From Bispira polyomma (taxonomy: Eukaryota): DNA of 64,000 nucleotides. The DNA is taken from positions 32,488,001 through 32,552,000 of the forward strand of contig OZ287752.1 of NCBI GenBank assembly GCA_965649765.1, given 5' to 3'. Below the pieces are notes generated by a model that did no database searches, had not been told where the DNA came from, and worked only from the letters and a program-made list of their open reading frames with translations. Positions 1 to 14,170 of the stretch are shown here, piece after piece. The translations under genes and the position numbers were made by a program. Position 1 is the first letter of the stretch, and every line of letters begins with the position of its first letter.

Positions 1-350
1 ATTGACAAAGTTGTAAAAATCATAGTCCATTTCTAAAGTAAATTTGTGATTAAGGTAACGTTGAGGAGAAAGATATCTATGGGGGGTAAGCGAGGGTAAA
101 GAGATGGGTCTTAAGATTACTTCTAAAGCCAGCGAGTATTTCCTGGGATAGTAAATTGGTTGATAAATTATTCCATAGAGTAGGTGTTGCAACAGAGAAG
201 GTATATAGGATCCAATCCGTTTACTTGTCCTGGTATCAAGACTGAAATTATGTTTCCCCTGTTGAAAGACAACAGTAAGGCAATATATGGGGGCTGACAT
301 AGGTTTACAGCTTTGTATATAGTAATATTGGTCTTGAAAATGATGCGGTA
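1..350 (-). mobile_element. L2-type LINE 3' fragment (cut by the window start)
   Basis: Same block as 6608-7022. The minus strand encodes RIIFKT..YKAV..FSVA.PTLWNNL..RSNLKTHLFTLAYPP. Confidence 0.85.
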
Positions 351-3300
351 CTTGAGTACTTCTTATAGCATCAGAAGGAGCATTTCCTTTTTGTTTCAGA
401 TTGTTTCATTAAACTCTTTTACCTGTTTTTCTTTAATGGTCCCCATGTCTTCTTTATTAACACAGAACGTCTCTAAGGACACACACACACAAATATACTC
501 TTGTACCCAAGTTGGTGCATGAGCAATAGATATACAACATAACTCGGGATAATAAAGAAACCACCACCCATGCCATCTACTCTTTAATAATAGATGTTAT
601 ACATGCAATGTTCTGTCCCTGTAATGGATGCTGTCTCTTTTTTATCTCTTGCTATATGTAACAGAATTACTACTGGTAATAAAGATCATCCACAACTCTC
701 AAGTCTGTTTGAAGATGTAAAAAGAGTTAGAGAGGGATTGGAGAGGAATTGTTGCAGTTTTCTAGTAAAAAGGTTCCAAAGGGTAATTTTGTGTATTCTA
801 TTTACTTTGGTTGTAAAGTATAGTTTTCTCTTATCACATATTGATTACAAGTTGTGGCAATAACATAAATGAACCATGCCTATCCTTTCAACCAATTTCA
901 TGTCAATCAATCCATTAATTATTTATGTAATCTTGGTCACACACCAACCACAATGGGCCCTCGGGAGAAAACATCACATCTCTGGCAAAGGTATTTATTG
1001 AAGCTTTATAGGTTCTCAAACGATAGACATATCTTGATATTTTGTTAAACAAAAATAGTTCTAAATGCTCAACTTGAGTTGACAACATGTTATCCCACTT
1101 ATGTGTTTTTTATGTAATTAAATTTAATGTAATACTATTAATCTAGATATTCCTGATAGATCTACAATATATAATTGAGCTATTAGTGTGTAATGTATGA
1201 TCAAGATAAAAAAATATACAAACAGTGTAACAAATGAACCTGTTGTAAGTTTTGGAATAGATTAGTGAGATGTTCTACGTAGACCAACCTTCCTCTGACA
1301 TCAAGACTCAGTATGTGTGTGTTTGTGTGTGTGTTAAGATTGAGTTAATTACATTGCCTCCAGTGGAATGGCGTAGTCTTCATTTTAAAAGTACTTTAAT
1401 TTAACACACTGGTAAAATCATCTGTCGGAACATCAGGACTTGTAATTCATCTCCTTGTAATAAATGATGAGGAAGTGCATGCTGAAACGATCTTAATGCA
1501 TAACTAATGTTTTACCATTCATCAATTCGGAAGAACAAAATTTCAAACAGCTAATTTTATTAATTATTGTTACTGGTGTGTTGTAGTTTAAATAAATGTA
1601 CAAATTTGGAATAATATTGCTTTATTGCATTAATATCCTTAATTTATTCAAAATAAAAGACTTATATTACAAAAACTTGGCATCTTTAGAAAGGTCAATG
1701 AATGCACAAAACAAACACCAGAGTTAAAAATGCATTTATACATTCCAATATGCTAGAAAGGAAAGATGACAAGATAAACAAGCAACAAATAACTTATAAT
1801 AAGCGTAAACAGCCCTTCCATTCAAAGTGAAAGGTTATCAAGACTAGTGCATCACTAAATTACTTAACTGTGGCCATTAAGTGTTATTTGGGAAGATTAT
1901 TAGCGGATTTTCAGGGTGTATTTACAACTTGATAATTTAAGTACAAGTACAACTTGATAATTTAAGTACAAGCGGGACAATATTTTTAGACATTACGTAA
2001 AATTGCTGGGGGTGTGTGCGTTATTGTTGACCAGAAGGGGTACTTTGTAGTGTCTGTACCTCTGCCCAGGTGACTCATTTCCAAAAAGTGAAAAAAATTC
2101 CTGGATCTGGCTTTCTACTCGAATCTGCTCAAAAAAATTAACGGATTCTTCCTTTGGCCTGTGAGCCATCCATTGGGTTACTACTGAATGTGTCAGGTTA
2201 ATAATTTTTGGTTGCAGGAATATTTCAAAAGGATACATGGTACTGTACTATACTCTGAATACTCTCACTAATACCTGTAGGCGTGTGCTATTACTTAATG
2301 TGCCCTGTATATTTTAGACATTCAAGACAATTTTGTGTATACTTATGTACTGTATCAATATAAATTTTAGCTGGAAGAAACATTTTCTACTTTTTAATTG
2401 TTACAGGAATTTATTCTTATCATAGGCACTCTTAAATTATATATTAATGCTAGTTTCAACTTTAAATTAATTTTCTGTATGATAAGATTGGTACTTTTGT
2501 TATTGTCATCAAACATTTAATGAGAACATTTACAAAGGAAATCACATTTTAAGCCTGATGTTTTAAAATTATTCGCTTTAAACATGTTACAATACTATAA
2601 CAGGATGTATGTCCATCAGAAGTGATACTTCTTGTTGTATTTCACCATGTCTATTGAACTTCTTCCCTCTTTTCACTTTAATGGTCCTCTGGTCATCTTT
2701 GTTTGCACAGAACTTCTCTGTTATAAAGAACATGGTGAACTATAAAGAAGACTCAGAAAAAAATATGTTCTTGTACCTAAGCTGGTTTAGTAGCAATAGA
2801 TAGAGACAATTTATGTGGTGACCAGAAAGAAACTACCACACACAGGAGTTTCCAGTTATTTCTGCCATCATCTGGTCTACAATATTAGACATTGCACATG
2901 CAATGTTCAATGCTTGTAATAGATGCTCTCTGTTCTTTATCACCTGGTATATGTGTAATAGCATTATTACTGATGACAAAAGATCTTCTACAATTCTTAA
3001 GCCTGTACGAAGATATAAAGGACTTAAAGAAGGTACTAGAAGTTGGTGCTGTCAAATGTTCTATCATTGTTATGGTAAATACTGGGCTCTATGTAACGTG
3101 TTCCACCCAGGGTTGAAAACTTTAGCAGTTTTATTACCAGAAAAAAGGCTTGGTTTATAAAGATATTAGATGTTGCTTGCAGTCTCAACAAAATTACATA
3201 CTGCACTATAGTTGATGTATTTACTGACCAAGTGAATGCTAAATGTTGTATGTGATGAATGACATTAGATGAGTAATGGTTATTTTTTGGTTATTTTGTT

Positions 3301-6300
3301 GGTTTTTGGTTAATGGTTATTTTTTGTGTTGGATTTTTGACACTTTGTGGTGGGTGTACTAAGTGTGCTTTTAGTTTACCAGTAAGAGGGTTGTCATGCT
3401 TTAAAGATATAGTCTTCATTAGGTGTTAATGAATGTTATACTCACATGCAAACCCTCATGGTTAGAAGTGATACATTGTGTGAAGCTAAACAAATATACA
3501 ACAATTTTCACAGTTAAAAGGTCCTAAACCTCGAGTAGCAATATTTTTGTACATCGAGTTCTTAAGTAACTGTATATAATGTATTATTTTGCCTATGTGC
3601 ATTAAACTTTTGACACTGTAGAATACTGTATGGAAATATATAATAAATACTGATATTTTATATTATATCTGTTAAATCATAAAAATAAAAATTAAATGGC
3701 ACACAGTAGAGTGTACCTCCCCCAATGGGTAACAGTGGCATAAAGTGAAAACAAACTATACCTTGGTCCAAAATTCCTTTAATTCCCTGTGCCATATTTC
3801 ATCTTTGTTTCTTCCATTTTTAACGTGCCTTATGGATGTAAGGTATTTTTTAAAGTGCAACAACAGAGTCAATTAAAGATAAAAAAAAAACATCGCCAGG
3901 TCATAAGGAAGGATGTGGGAGTGTGCAGGGAGGAAGCTTACATTTAGATTGGGGATTTTTATTTGCTATTTAACTTCAGCAAAAAGTGTTTCTACGGATC
4001 TAAGCTTAATTGGGAGACTATGCAAATCAATTTAGTAGCAATATTGCAAGCCTTGTGATACATAAGGCACCATAGTGGCCAAAAAATTTCCAGATTCCCA
4101 TTTGTATTCGGATCTGCTCCAACAAAAACAAAACCTTCTTGGTGTTCATAGCTAGTCCAGGTGTATTCATCTGATTCATTAGACTAAGAAATTCTAACAA
4201 TTTTGTGAAGGGGTTATTGTACAAAATAGTATTGAACCAAACATCCATAAGAAGTATATCTTCATAGAGAGGAATATTGCAAAGTTTGTTGATTCCTACA
4301 AACCTGAGAGAGAGATCCTACAATAAGGGGTTAACAGAATAATTGTATACTGAGTGGGACATTCAGTACATGTGTACAAGCCATAGTCACATATACAACT
4401 TGGGTCTACTGTCTCCTGTGCGGTTTAACCAGCATATGACTCCTAAACTTATAATTAAAACTAGCGGGCATATATCTTAACAGTTAGAAAAAGAAAATAT
4501 TTTTCATCAGTAAACAACTATAAGCTTAACATTGCCTATGATTGTATTTAATTTTTAAAAACAGGTATAATATATCTTAATAGTTACGACAAGAAAATCA
4601 ACTATGTTGGTAAACAGTGTATTAAATATCTTTCAAAATTAATTTTTTTTAAATTGTATACTGACTGGGACATTGAATTCAATATAAAAAATCTAACATT
4701 ACTTTTTAGCGCTATCCTTTAATACTTACTAACACTGCATTTGGAAATTATGAGGCAAAAACCTCTCAACAGCACTTTTTCTGTTGTCAGTTATGACAGA
4801 AAAGTGACAATAGAAACAAGCTAGGCAAAAGCTCTCCCAACGGCTACTTTGTTATTATTACCTCGGACAGGTCTAATACTTTTTACTGTGTCTTACTATA
4901 CTGACCCCTAAAATTAGTTGGCTAGACTGGGAGAATACTGAAGTGTTAGAGTCAAACAGAAAGTGTTTGGTCTTAAGTGTACACCATTTTCTATTTGTGC
5001 AACAGAGGTTATATAATTGTGCTTGTCTTCATTGGTTAGTTGGTTGGTTTCTTTAATTGTTTGTTTATCACAGTGAAGGAAACTACCAAACTAATTTACA
5101 TAAAATTTTGTTGGGGGATGGGACATGGGCACATGCAGATCCAGGTAGATGTGTGGATAATCAGTTCAAAAGTTATTTGTGTAATCTTGGTTACACAAAA
5201 AACAACAATGGGCAAAGGAAGGACATCACCTTTTTGGTTCAAATAGCTAAAAATTCCAGGTTCCTAAATGATCGCGGTATCTTGATATTTTGCTAAACAA
5301 AAAAAATAAAAAACAACAATATATAATTGAACTATTTGTATGTTAAGTATGAAGAAGATAAAATTATACACACAGTTTAACAAATGAGCATGTTGCAAGT
5401 TTTGGAATAGATTAGTGAGATTATTTACATAGAAGACCATTGCTCTGACATCAAGACTCATTATGTGGGTATTTGTGTGTGTGTGTCAGGAATGGAGTTA
5501 ATTAAATTGCCCCCAGTAAAATAGCTTAGTCTTCCTTTTGAAAGTACTTTAATTTCACACACTGGTAAAAATCATCTGTCATTACATCCAAATTTGAGGA
5601 TAAGCATACTGTAGAATTTAGACATTCATTGAAAATATATATTTGCAGGGACTAAATTCTATAACAGCTAATGTTATTAATACTTGTTTCTGGTTTTCTG
5701 TTGCTTAAATAAATTAATATAGTTTTGGGACAATAATTCTTGATTGCATATTCACAATAAAATATTTATATTACAAAAACTTGGCATCATTAGAAAGTAC
5801 ATTAAATGTACAAAAAAAACACATTAAAAACACATTTATACATTCCACAAGAACAACAAATACGTTATAAAAAATTGTTCTCAAGATCAACTTATAATAA
5901 TTTTTACTTAAATCATTTGGTTTCAAGCTTCTATTAATCTAACTGGTACACAAATAGCACTTCCTGTATTTATGCATGCTTCTGTGACAAATAAAAATTA
6001 TTAAAACAAAAAAAGAAGCGGCACTCTGTAGTGTGCATACCCCTGCCTAGTTGTCGCATTGCCAAAAGGTGAAAACAATTCCTCGATTTCTTCCCAAATC
6101 TGCTCCAAAATTTACTGGATTCTTCCTCGGCCTCTGCCCTTTCTGTTGGGTTACTACTCAATGTGCCAGGTTGATAATCATGGTTGAAGGACCATTTCAA
6201 AAGGAGACATCACTCTATATAATCATGTTAGTGTTCGATACTGTGATTACTCTTACTAATACTAATATGCTTGTGCTGTTACTTAATGTACCAGAGTTTT

Positions 6301-6607
6301 TAGAAATTGACTGGAATAAGATTTAATTATAGGACATTTTCAACTTATAGATTTTTACAAATTTAAAGTTTCATTTAGAATTAATTTTGTCTTTCTAAGC
6401 TGATTAAGTTAAATTATTGAGAGAGTTTGTTTTATTTAACTCAAGTCATGAATAATTACGCTGTAACTATAAGAGGGGAATTACATTTGAAGTCAAGTTC
6501 TATTTGAAAAGGAGACATCACTCACCAAAACCATGGTATTATACTGTTACTCAGCACACTGTACTAATAACATCAAAAGGAGTACTTCTTTTGGCATCAG
6601 AAGGAGT
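1..6607. repeat. Array unit 1 (monomer A ~369-2613, monomer B from ~2614)
   Basis: Colinear with the other units. Lacks block Q (7640-8070 in unit 2) and the ~670 bp SINE-containing segment (junction ~5159). Confidence 0.85.
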
Positions 6608-7022
6608 GATTATGATATGGTAGATTTTTAACATGCCTAATTGATGCCAGGCATCTTCTAAAGCACAACATCATTCACAAAGTTGTAAAAATCATAGTCC
6701 ATTTCCAAAGTAAATTTGTGATTGTGGTAAAGTGGAGGAGAAAGATATCTATGGGGGGTAAGCGAGGGTGAAGAGATGAGTCTTAAGATTACTTCTAAAG
6801 CCAGAAAGCATTGCCTGGGATCGTAAATTGGTTGATAAATTATTCCATAGAGTAGGTGCTGCAACAGAAAAGGTATATAGGATCTAATCTGTTTACTAGT
6901 CCTGGTATCAATACTGAAATTATGTTTCCCCTGTTGAAAGACAACAGTAAGGCAATATATGGGGACTGACATAGGTTTACAGCTTTGTATGTAGTAATAT
7001 TGGTCTTGAAAATGATGCGGCA
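6608..7022 (-). mobile_element. L2-type LINE 3' fragment at a unit junction
   Basis: Minus strand gives RIIFKTNITTYKAV...FSVAAPTLWNNL...FRSNLKTHLFTLAYPP*. The 3' UTR end (ctttagaagatgcctggcatcaattaggcatgttaaaaat) is homologous to 25610-25650. Confidence 0.88.
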
Positions 7023-10000
7023 CATGAATACTTCTTATAGCATCAGAAGCAGTACTTCTGTTATTTCAGATTGTTTCATTAAACCCTTTCACCCCTTTTC
7101 TCTTTAATGGTCTCCATGTCTTCTTTATTAGCACAGAACATCTCTGTTATAAAGGAGACACACACAAATATCTTCTTGTACCTAACTTGGTGCATGAACA
7201 ATAGATATACAACATATATCTGGGGACAATAAAGAAACCGCTGCCCATGTCATCTGCTCTTCAATAATAGATGTTATACATGCAATGTTTTGTCCCTGTA
7301 ATGGATGCTCTCTCTTTTTTATCTCTTGCTATATGTAACAGAATTACTACTGATAATAAAGATAATCTACAACCCTCAAGTCTGTTTGAAGATGTAAAAA
7401 GAGTTGGAGAGGGGCTTAGAGTAGAGAGGAATTGTTGCAGTTTTCTAGTAAAAAGGTTCCAAAGGTAGTTTTGTGTATTCTATCTTCAACTCTCAAGTCT
7501 GTTTGAAGATGTGAAAAGAGTTCGAGAGGGGATTGGAGAGGAATTGTTGCAGTTTTCTAGTTAAAAGGTTCCAAAAGGTAGTTTTGTGTATTCTATTTAC
7601 CTTGGTTGTAAAGTATAGTTTTCTCTTATCACATATTGATTACAAGTTCTGACAATAACATATCTCTTAAATGATTTTTACTTAACCAAACCTGGTTTGT
7701 CGATGATGTCATAGTTCCTGCTAAGGCAATTTTTCTTAGACCCAAAATAGTTAGCTAAGCAATAAACACATTAAGCCCCTCTCAAATACACTGATAGTTT
7801 TTACCTGTTCAATGCAATGGTTTGTCGGATTACACAGAAGATTAATATATCAATATAATTAACTGTGTAGCTTCAGTGGCTGGTATTTTAATATTGTCAT
7901 CGTTTATCTTGCCGTAACTAACTCATGTGTACTTAGTACCAGTTTAACACATTAGTCAACACTGTGTTTATGTCTATTGATATTCCTTGTCAACAGTAAA
8001 ACTCATATCCTTTTTAAAATATTATATTAATAGATCAAAATTTCATACTTTATATTTTAGATCTGCTTAAACATTTAATGAACCATGCCTATCCTTTCAA
8101 CCAATTTCATGTCAATCAATCCATTAATTATTTATGTATTCTTGGTCACACACCAACCACAATGGGCCCTCGGGAGATAACATCACATCTCTGGCAAAGG
8201 TATTTATAGAAGCTTTATAGGTTCTCAAACAATAGACATATCTTGATATTTTGTGAAACAAAATAGTTCTAAATGCTCAACTTGAGTTGACAACATGTTA
8301 TCCCACTTATGTGTCTTTAATGTAATTAAATTTAATGTAATACTATTAATCTAGATATGCCTGATAGATCTACAATATATAATTGACCTATTAGTATGTT
8401 ATGTATGATCCAGATAAAAAATATACAAACAGTGTAACAAATGAGCCTGTTGTAGGTTTTGGAATAGATTAGTAGACCAACATTCCCCTGATATCAAGAC
8501 TCAGCATGTGGGTGTTTGTGTGTGTGTTAAGATTGAGTTAATTACATTGCCCCCAGTGGAATGGCGTAGTCTTCATTTTAAAAGTACTTCAATTTAACAC
8601 ACTGGTAAAATCATCTGTCGGAACATCAGGACTTGTAATCCATCTCTTTGTAATAAATGATGAGGAAGTGCGTGCTGAAACGATCTTAATGCACAACTAA
8701 TGTTTTACCATTTATCAATTCGGAAGAACGAAATTTCAAACAGCTAATTTTAGTAATTATTGTTACTGGTGTGTTGTAGCTTAAATAATTGTACAAATTT
8801 GGAGTAATATTGATTTATTGCATCAATATACTAAATTAATTCCAAAATAAAAGGCTTATATTACAAAAAACTTGGCATCATCAGAAAGGGCAATGAATGT
8901 ACAAAATAAATACACGAGTTAAAATACATTTATACAATCCATATGCTAGAAAGAAAAGTTGACAAGATAAACAAGCAACAAATAACTTATAATAAGCGTA
9001 AACAGCCCTTCCATTCAAAGTAAAAGGTTATCAAGACTAGCGTACCACTAAATTACCTAACTGAGGCCATTAAGTGTCATTTGGGAAGATTATCAGCGGA
9101 TTTTCAGGGTGTATTTACAACTCTAAGGTAAACAGGGGATTGATAATTTAAATACAAGTGGGACAATTTTTTTAGACATTATGTAAAATTGCTTCTGGAA
9201 GTAGGGGTGGGTGTGTTGACCAGAAAGGGTATTCGGTAGTGTCTATACCTCTGCCCAGGTGACTCATTTCCACAAAGTGAAAGAAATTCCTGAATCTAGC
9301 CTTTTACTTGAATCTGCTCCAAAAATTTAACCGATTCTTCCTTTGGCCTGTGTGCCATCTGTCGGGTTACTACTAAATGTGTCAGGTTAATAATTTTGGC
9401 TGCAGGAACATTTCATAAGGATACGTGGTACTGTACTATACTCTGAATCCTTAATACCAGTAGGCTTGTGCTATTACTTCATGAACCCTGTATATTTTAG
9501 ACATTCAAGACAATTTTGTGTAAACTTATGTACTGTATAAATATAAATTTTAGCTGGAAGAAACTCATTTATTTTCTACTTTTTAATTATTACGGGAATT
9601 TATTTTATTATAGGCTTTCTTAAATTATATATTAATGCTAGTTTTAACTTTAAATTAATTTTCTGTATGATAAGATTGGTAGTTTTGTTATTGTCATCAA
9701 ACATTTAATGAGAACATTTAAGGAGGAAATCACATTTCAAGCCTGATGTTTTAAAATTATCCACTTTAAACATGTGACAATACTATAACAGGATGTATGT
9801 CCACAGAACTTCTCTGTTATAAAGAACATGGTGAACTATAAAGAAGACACAGAAAAAAAATATGTTCTTGTACCTAAGCTGGTTTAGTAGCAATAGATAG
9901 AGATACTTTATGTGGTGACCAGAAAGAAACTACCACGCACAGGAGTTTCCAGTTATTTCTGCCATCATTTGCTCTACAATAATAATGTTCACATAATGTT

Positions 10001-12087
10001 CAATGCTTGTAATAGATGCTCTCTGCTCTTTATCACGTGGTATTTGTGTAATAGCATTATTACTGATGACAAAAGATCTTCTACAATTCTTAAGCCTGTA
10101 CGAAGATATAAAGGACTTAAAGAAGGTACTAGAAGTTGGTGCTGTCTTGTCAAATGTTCTATCATTGTTATGGTAAATACTGGGCTCAATGTAATGTGTT
10201 CCACCCAGGGTTGAAAACTTTAGCAGTTTTATTACCAGAAAAAAAGGCTTGGTTTATAAAGAGTTTAGATGTTAGTTGCAGTCTCAACAAAATTACATAC
10301 TTCACTATAGTTGATGTATTTACTGGCCATGTGAATGCTAAATGTTGTATGTGTATGTGATGAATGACAACAGATGAGTAATGGTTATTTTTTGTGTTGG
10401 ATTTTTGACACTTTGTGGTGGGTGTACTGAGTGCGCTTTTAGTTTACCAGTAAGAGTGTTGTCATGCTTTGAAGATATAGTCTTCATTAGGTGTTAATGA
10501 ATGTTATACTCACATGCAAACCCCCATGGTTAGAAGTGATACATTGTGTGAAGCTAAACAAATACACAACAATTTTCACACTTAAAAGGTCCTAAACCTC
10601 GAGTAGCAATATTTTTGTACATCGAGTTCTTAAGTAACTGTATATAATGTATTATTTTGGCTATGTGCATTGAACTTTTGATACTGTAGAATACTGTATG
10701 GAAATATATAATAAATACTGATATTTTATATTATATCTGTGAAATCATAAAAATAAAAATTAAATGGCACACAGTAGAGTGAATACCTCCACCAATGGGT
10801 AACAGTGGCATAAAGTGAAAACAAACTATACCCTGGTCCAAAATTCCTTTATTTCCCTGTGCCATATTTCATCTTTGTTTCTTCCATTTTTAATGTGCCT
10901 TATGGATGTGAGGTATTTTCTGAAGTGCAACAACAGAGTCAATTAACCAATGGACAGATCGAAAAAAACATCGCCAGGTCATAAGGAAGGATGTGGGAGT
11001 GTGCAGGGAGGAAGCTTACATTTAGATTAGGGATTTTTTTATTTGCTACTTAACTTTAGCAAAAAGTGTTTCTACTAATCTAAGCTTAATTAGGAGGCTA
11101 TGCAAATCAATTTAGTAGCAATATTGCAAGCCTTGTGATACATAAGGCACCATACTGGCCAAAAAATTTCCAGATTCCCATTTGTATTCGGATCTGCTCC
11201 AACAAAAACAAAAACTTCTTGGTGTTCATAGCTAGTCCAGGTGTATTCATCTGATTCATTAGACTAAGAAATTCTAACAATTTTGTGAAGGGGTTATTGT
11301 ACAAAATAATATTGAACCAAACATCCGTAAGAAGTATATCTTAATAGAGAGGAATATTGCAAAGTTTGTTGATTCCTACAAACCTGAGAGAGAGATCCTA
11401 CAATAAGGGGTTAACAGAATAATTGTATACTGACTGGGACATTCAGTACATGTGTACAAGCCATAGTCACATATACAACTTGGGTCTACTGTCTCCTGAG
11501 CGGTTTAACCAGCATATGACTCTTAAACTTATAATTAAAACTAGCGTGCATATATCTTAACATTAACAAAAAGGAAATATTTTTATGAGTAAACAACTAT
11601 AAGCTTAACATTGCCTATGATTTTTATATTTAATTTTTAAAAACAAGTATAATATATCTTAATAGTTACGACAAGAAAATCAACAATGTTGGTAAACAGT
11701 CTAGTAAATATCTTTCAAAATCAATTTTTTTTTTAAATTTTATACTGGCTGGGACATTTAATTCAATGTAAAAAATCTAAATTTACTTTTTAGCACTGAT
11801 CTTTATTACTTACTCACACTGCATTTGGAAAATATGGGGCAAAAATCTCTCAACAACACTGTTTCTGCTGTCAGTTATGACAGAAAAGTGACAATAGAAA
11901 CAAGCTATGCAAAAACTCTCCCAACGGCTACTTTGTTATTATTACCTCAGACAGGTCTGATACTTTTTACTGTGTCTTACTATACTGACCCCTAAAATAA
12001 GTTCGCTAGACTGGGGAAATACTGAAGTGTTAGAGTCAAACAGAAAGTGTTTGGTACTAAGTGTACACCATTTTCTATTTGTGCAAC

Positions 12088-12990
12088 AGAGGTTATATTC
12101 TTGCTTGTCTTCATTGGTTAGTTGGTTGGTTTCTTTAATTGTTTGTTTATCACAGTGAAAGAAACTACTGAACCAATTTACATAAAATTTTGGTTAGTCG
12201 ATGGGACATGGGCACACGCAGAACCAGGCAGATGTGTGGATACAAGAATTGTTCACACTATTTGGTGCTTTGGTACTTTATAATTTATCCAATTTGGATG
12301 GATGGGGTAGTGTGGTTTTTAACACAGTAGAGTATTCATGCTGGACCTTTCAAACCATTATGGCATTGGAAACTCTATCCATCCTAGGTTGAGAAGTATA
12401 CCACTTGATTATAATTTCTAGGTCTTCAATGTAATCTTTACTCATGGTCTTTTGATATAGACAGATTCATAGGCACAGATAGATAGACTCATATCTAAAA
12501 ACAAATGTCCATTTTGACAGGTCTGTCATAGTACAGCTTGTAAATGTTAGGTCTTATCAATATTGAGATACATAATTGGAATAATTCTTGGTTAATTTTT
12601 AACTTCAGTCAGAGGTTAGACCGTTTATTAATCAATGTCCCCAAGATTTGTTAGCCAGCCTCTAGAATAAGACCCAGTGACATTTTAATTGGTTATCCAA
12701 GCCACTAGGTATCTGCCTTGACCTGGTAATGCCAGGCTCCTTTTTAAGTGTGTTAGCAACAAGGGCACCATGGCATATATACAAGTAGTGTTTAGGAATT
12801 AACCTAATTTCATTGTAATGTCTTAAAAAGAATTCCTGGGTCAACCTTGCTACTTGGATCTGCCTCAACATTTAATGGACCATGTCTGTCCTTCCAAACA
12901 ATTTCATGTCAATCAGTTCACAAGTTGTTGGTGCAAGCTTGGTTACACAAAAACCACAATGGGCAAGGAAGAAGACATCGCCTCGTTGGC
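12088..12990. mobile_element. Two oppositely oriented HINE-like remnants (~12088-12260 plus, ~12828-12990 minus) bracketing the SINE; repeated in B monomers
   Basis: gaggttat...ttggttggtt...actactgaaccaatttacataaaattt...gatgggacatggg on one side; ccatgtctgtccttccaaacaatttcatgtcaatcagttca...acatcgcctcgttggc on the other. Confidence 0.55.
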
Positions 12991-14170
12991 TCAAATAGCT
13001 ATATAAATTCCAGGTTCCTAAACGATAGAGATATCTTGATATTTTGCTAAACAACAAGAAAACTACAATTTTTAATTGAACTATTTGTATGTTAAGTATG
13101 AAGAAGATAAAATTATACACACAGTGTAACAAATGAGCATGTTGTAAGTTTTGGAATAGATTAGTGAGATGTTCTACATAGAAGACCATTGCTCTGACAT
13201 CAAGATCCAATATGTGGGTATTTGTGTGTGTGTGAGTCAGGAATGGAGTTAATTAATTTGCCCCCAGTAAAATAGCTTAGTCTTCATTTTGAAAGTACTT
13301 TAATTTCACACACTGGTAAAAATCATCTGTCGTTACATTCAGATTTGTAATCCATCTCTTTGTAATAAATGATGATGAAGTGTGTGCTGAAACGATCTTA
13401 TTGCACAACTAATCATGTTTTAGCACAGACATAAGCATACTGTAGAATTGAGACATGCATTGAAAATATATATATGCAGGAACTAAATTCCATAACAGCT
13501 AATGTTATTAATACTTGTTTCTGGTTTTCTGTTGCTTAAATAAATTAATATAGCTTTGAGACAATAATTCTTGATTGCATATTCACAATAAAATATTTAT
13601 ATTACAGAAACTTGGCATCATTAGAAAATGCATTAAATGTATAAAACAAACACATTAAAAACACATTTATACATTCCCCAAGAACAACAAATATGTTATA
13701 AAAGATTGTTCTCACGTTTAACAAGAAACAAACAGCTTATAATAATTTTTACTTAAATCATTTAGTTTCAAGCTTTTATTTATCTAACTGGTACACAAAT
13801 AGCACTTTCTGTATTTTTGCATGCTTCTGTGACAAATAAAAATTATTGAAACAAAAAAAGAAGCGGCACTCTGTAGTGTGCATACCCCTGCCTAGTTGTC
13901 GCATTGCCAAAAGGTGAAAACAATTCCTCGATTTCTACCCAAACTTGCTCCAAAATTTACTGGATTCTTTCTTGGCCTCTGCCCCATTCCTCGGGTTACT
14001 ACTCAATGTGCCAGGTTGATAATTATGGTTGAGGGACCATTTCAAAAGGAGACATCACTCTATAAAATCATGTTAGTGTACTATACTGTGATTACTCTGT
14101 TTAATACCAGTATGCTTGTGCTGTTACTTAATGTCCCGGAGTTTTTAGAAATTGACTGAAAGTAAATTTA

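Larger units (their letters stand above)
6608..14170. repeat. Array unit 2
   Basis: Starts at the L2 tail and has A and B monomers. Ends at a deletion junction (~14165-14175) that removes the next L2 block. Confidence 0.85.
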
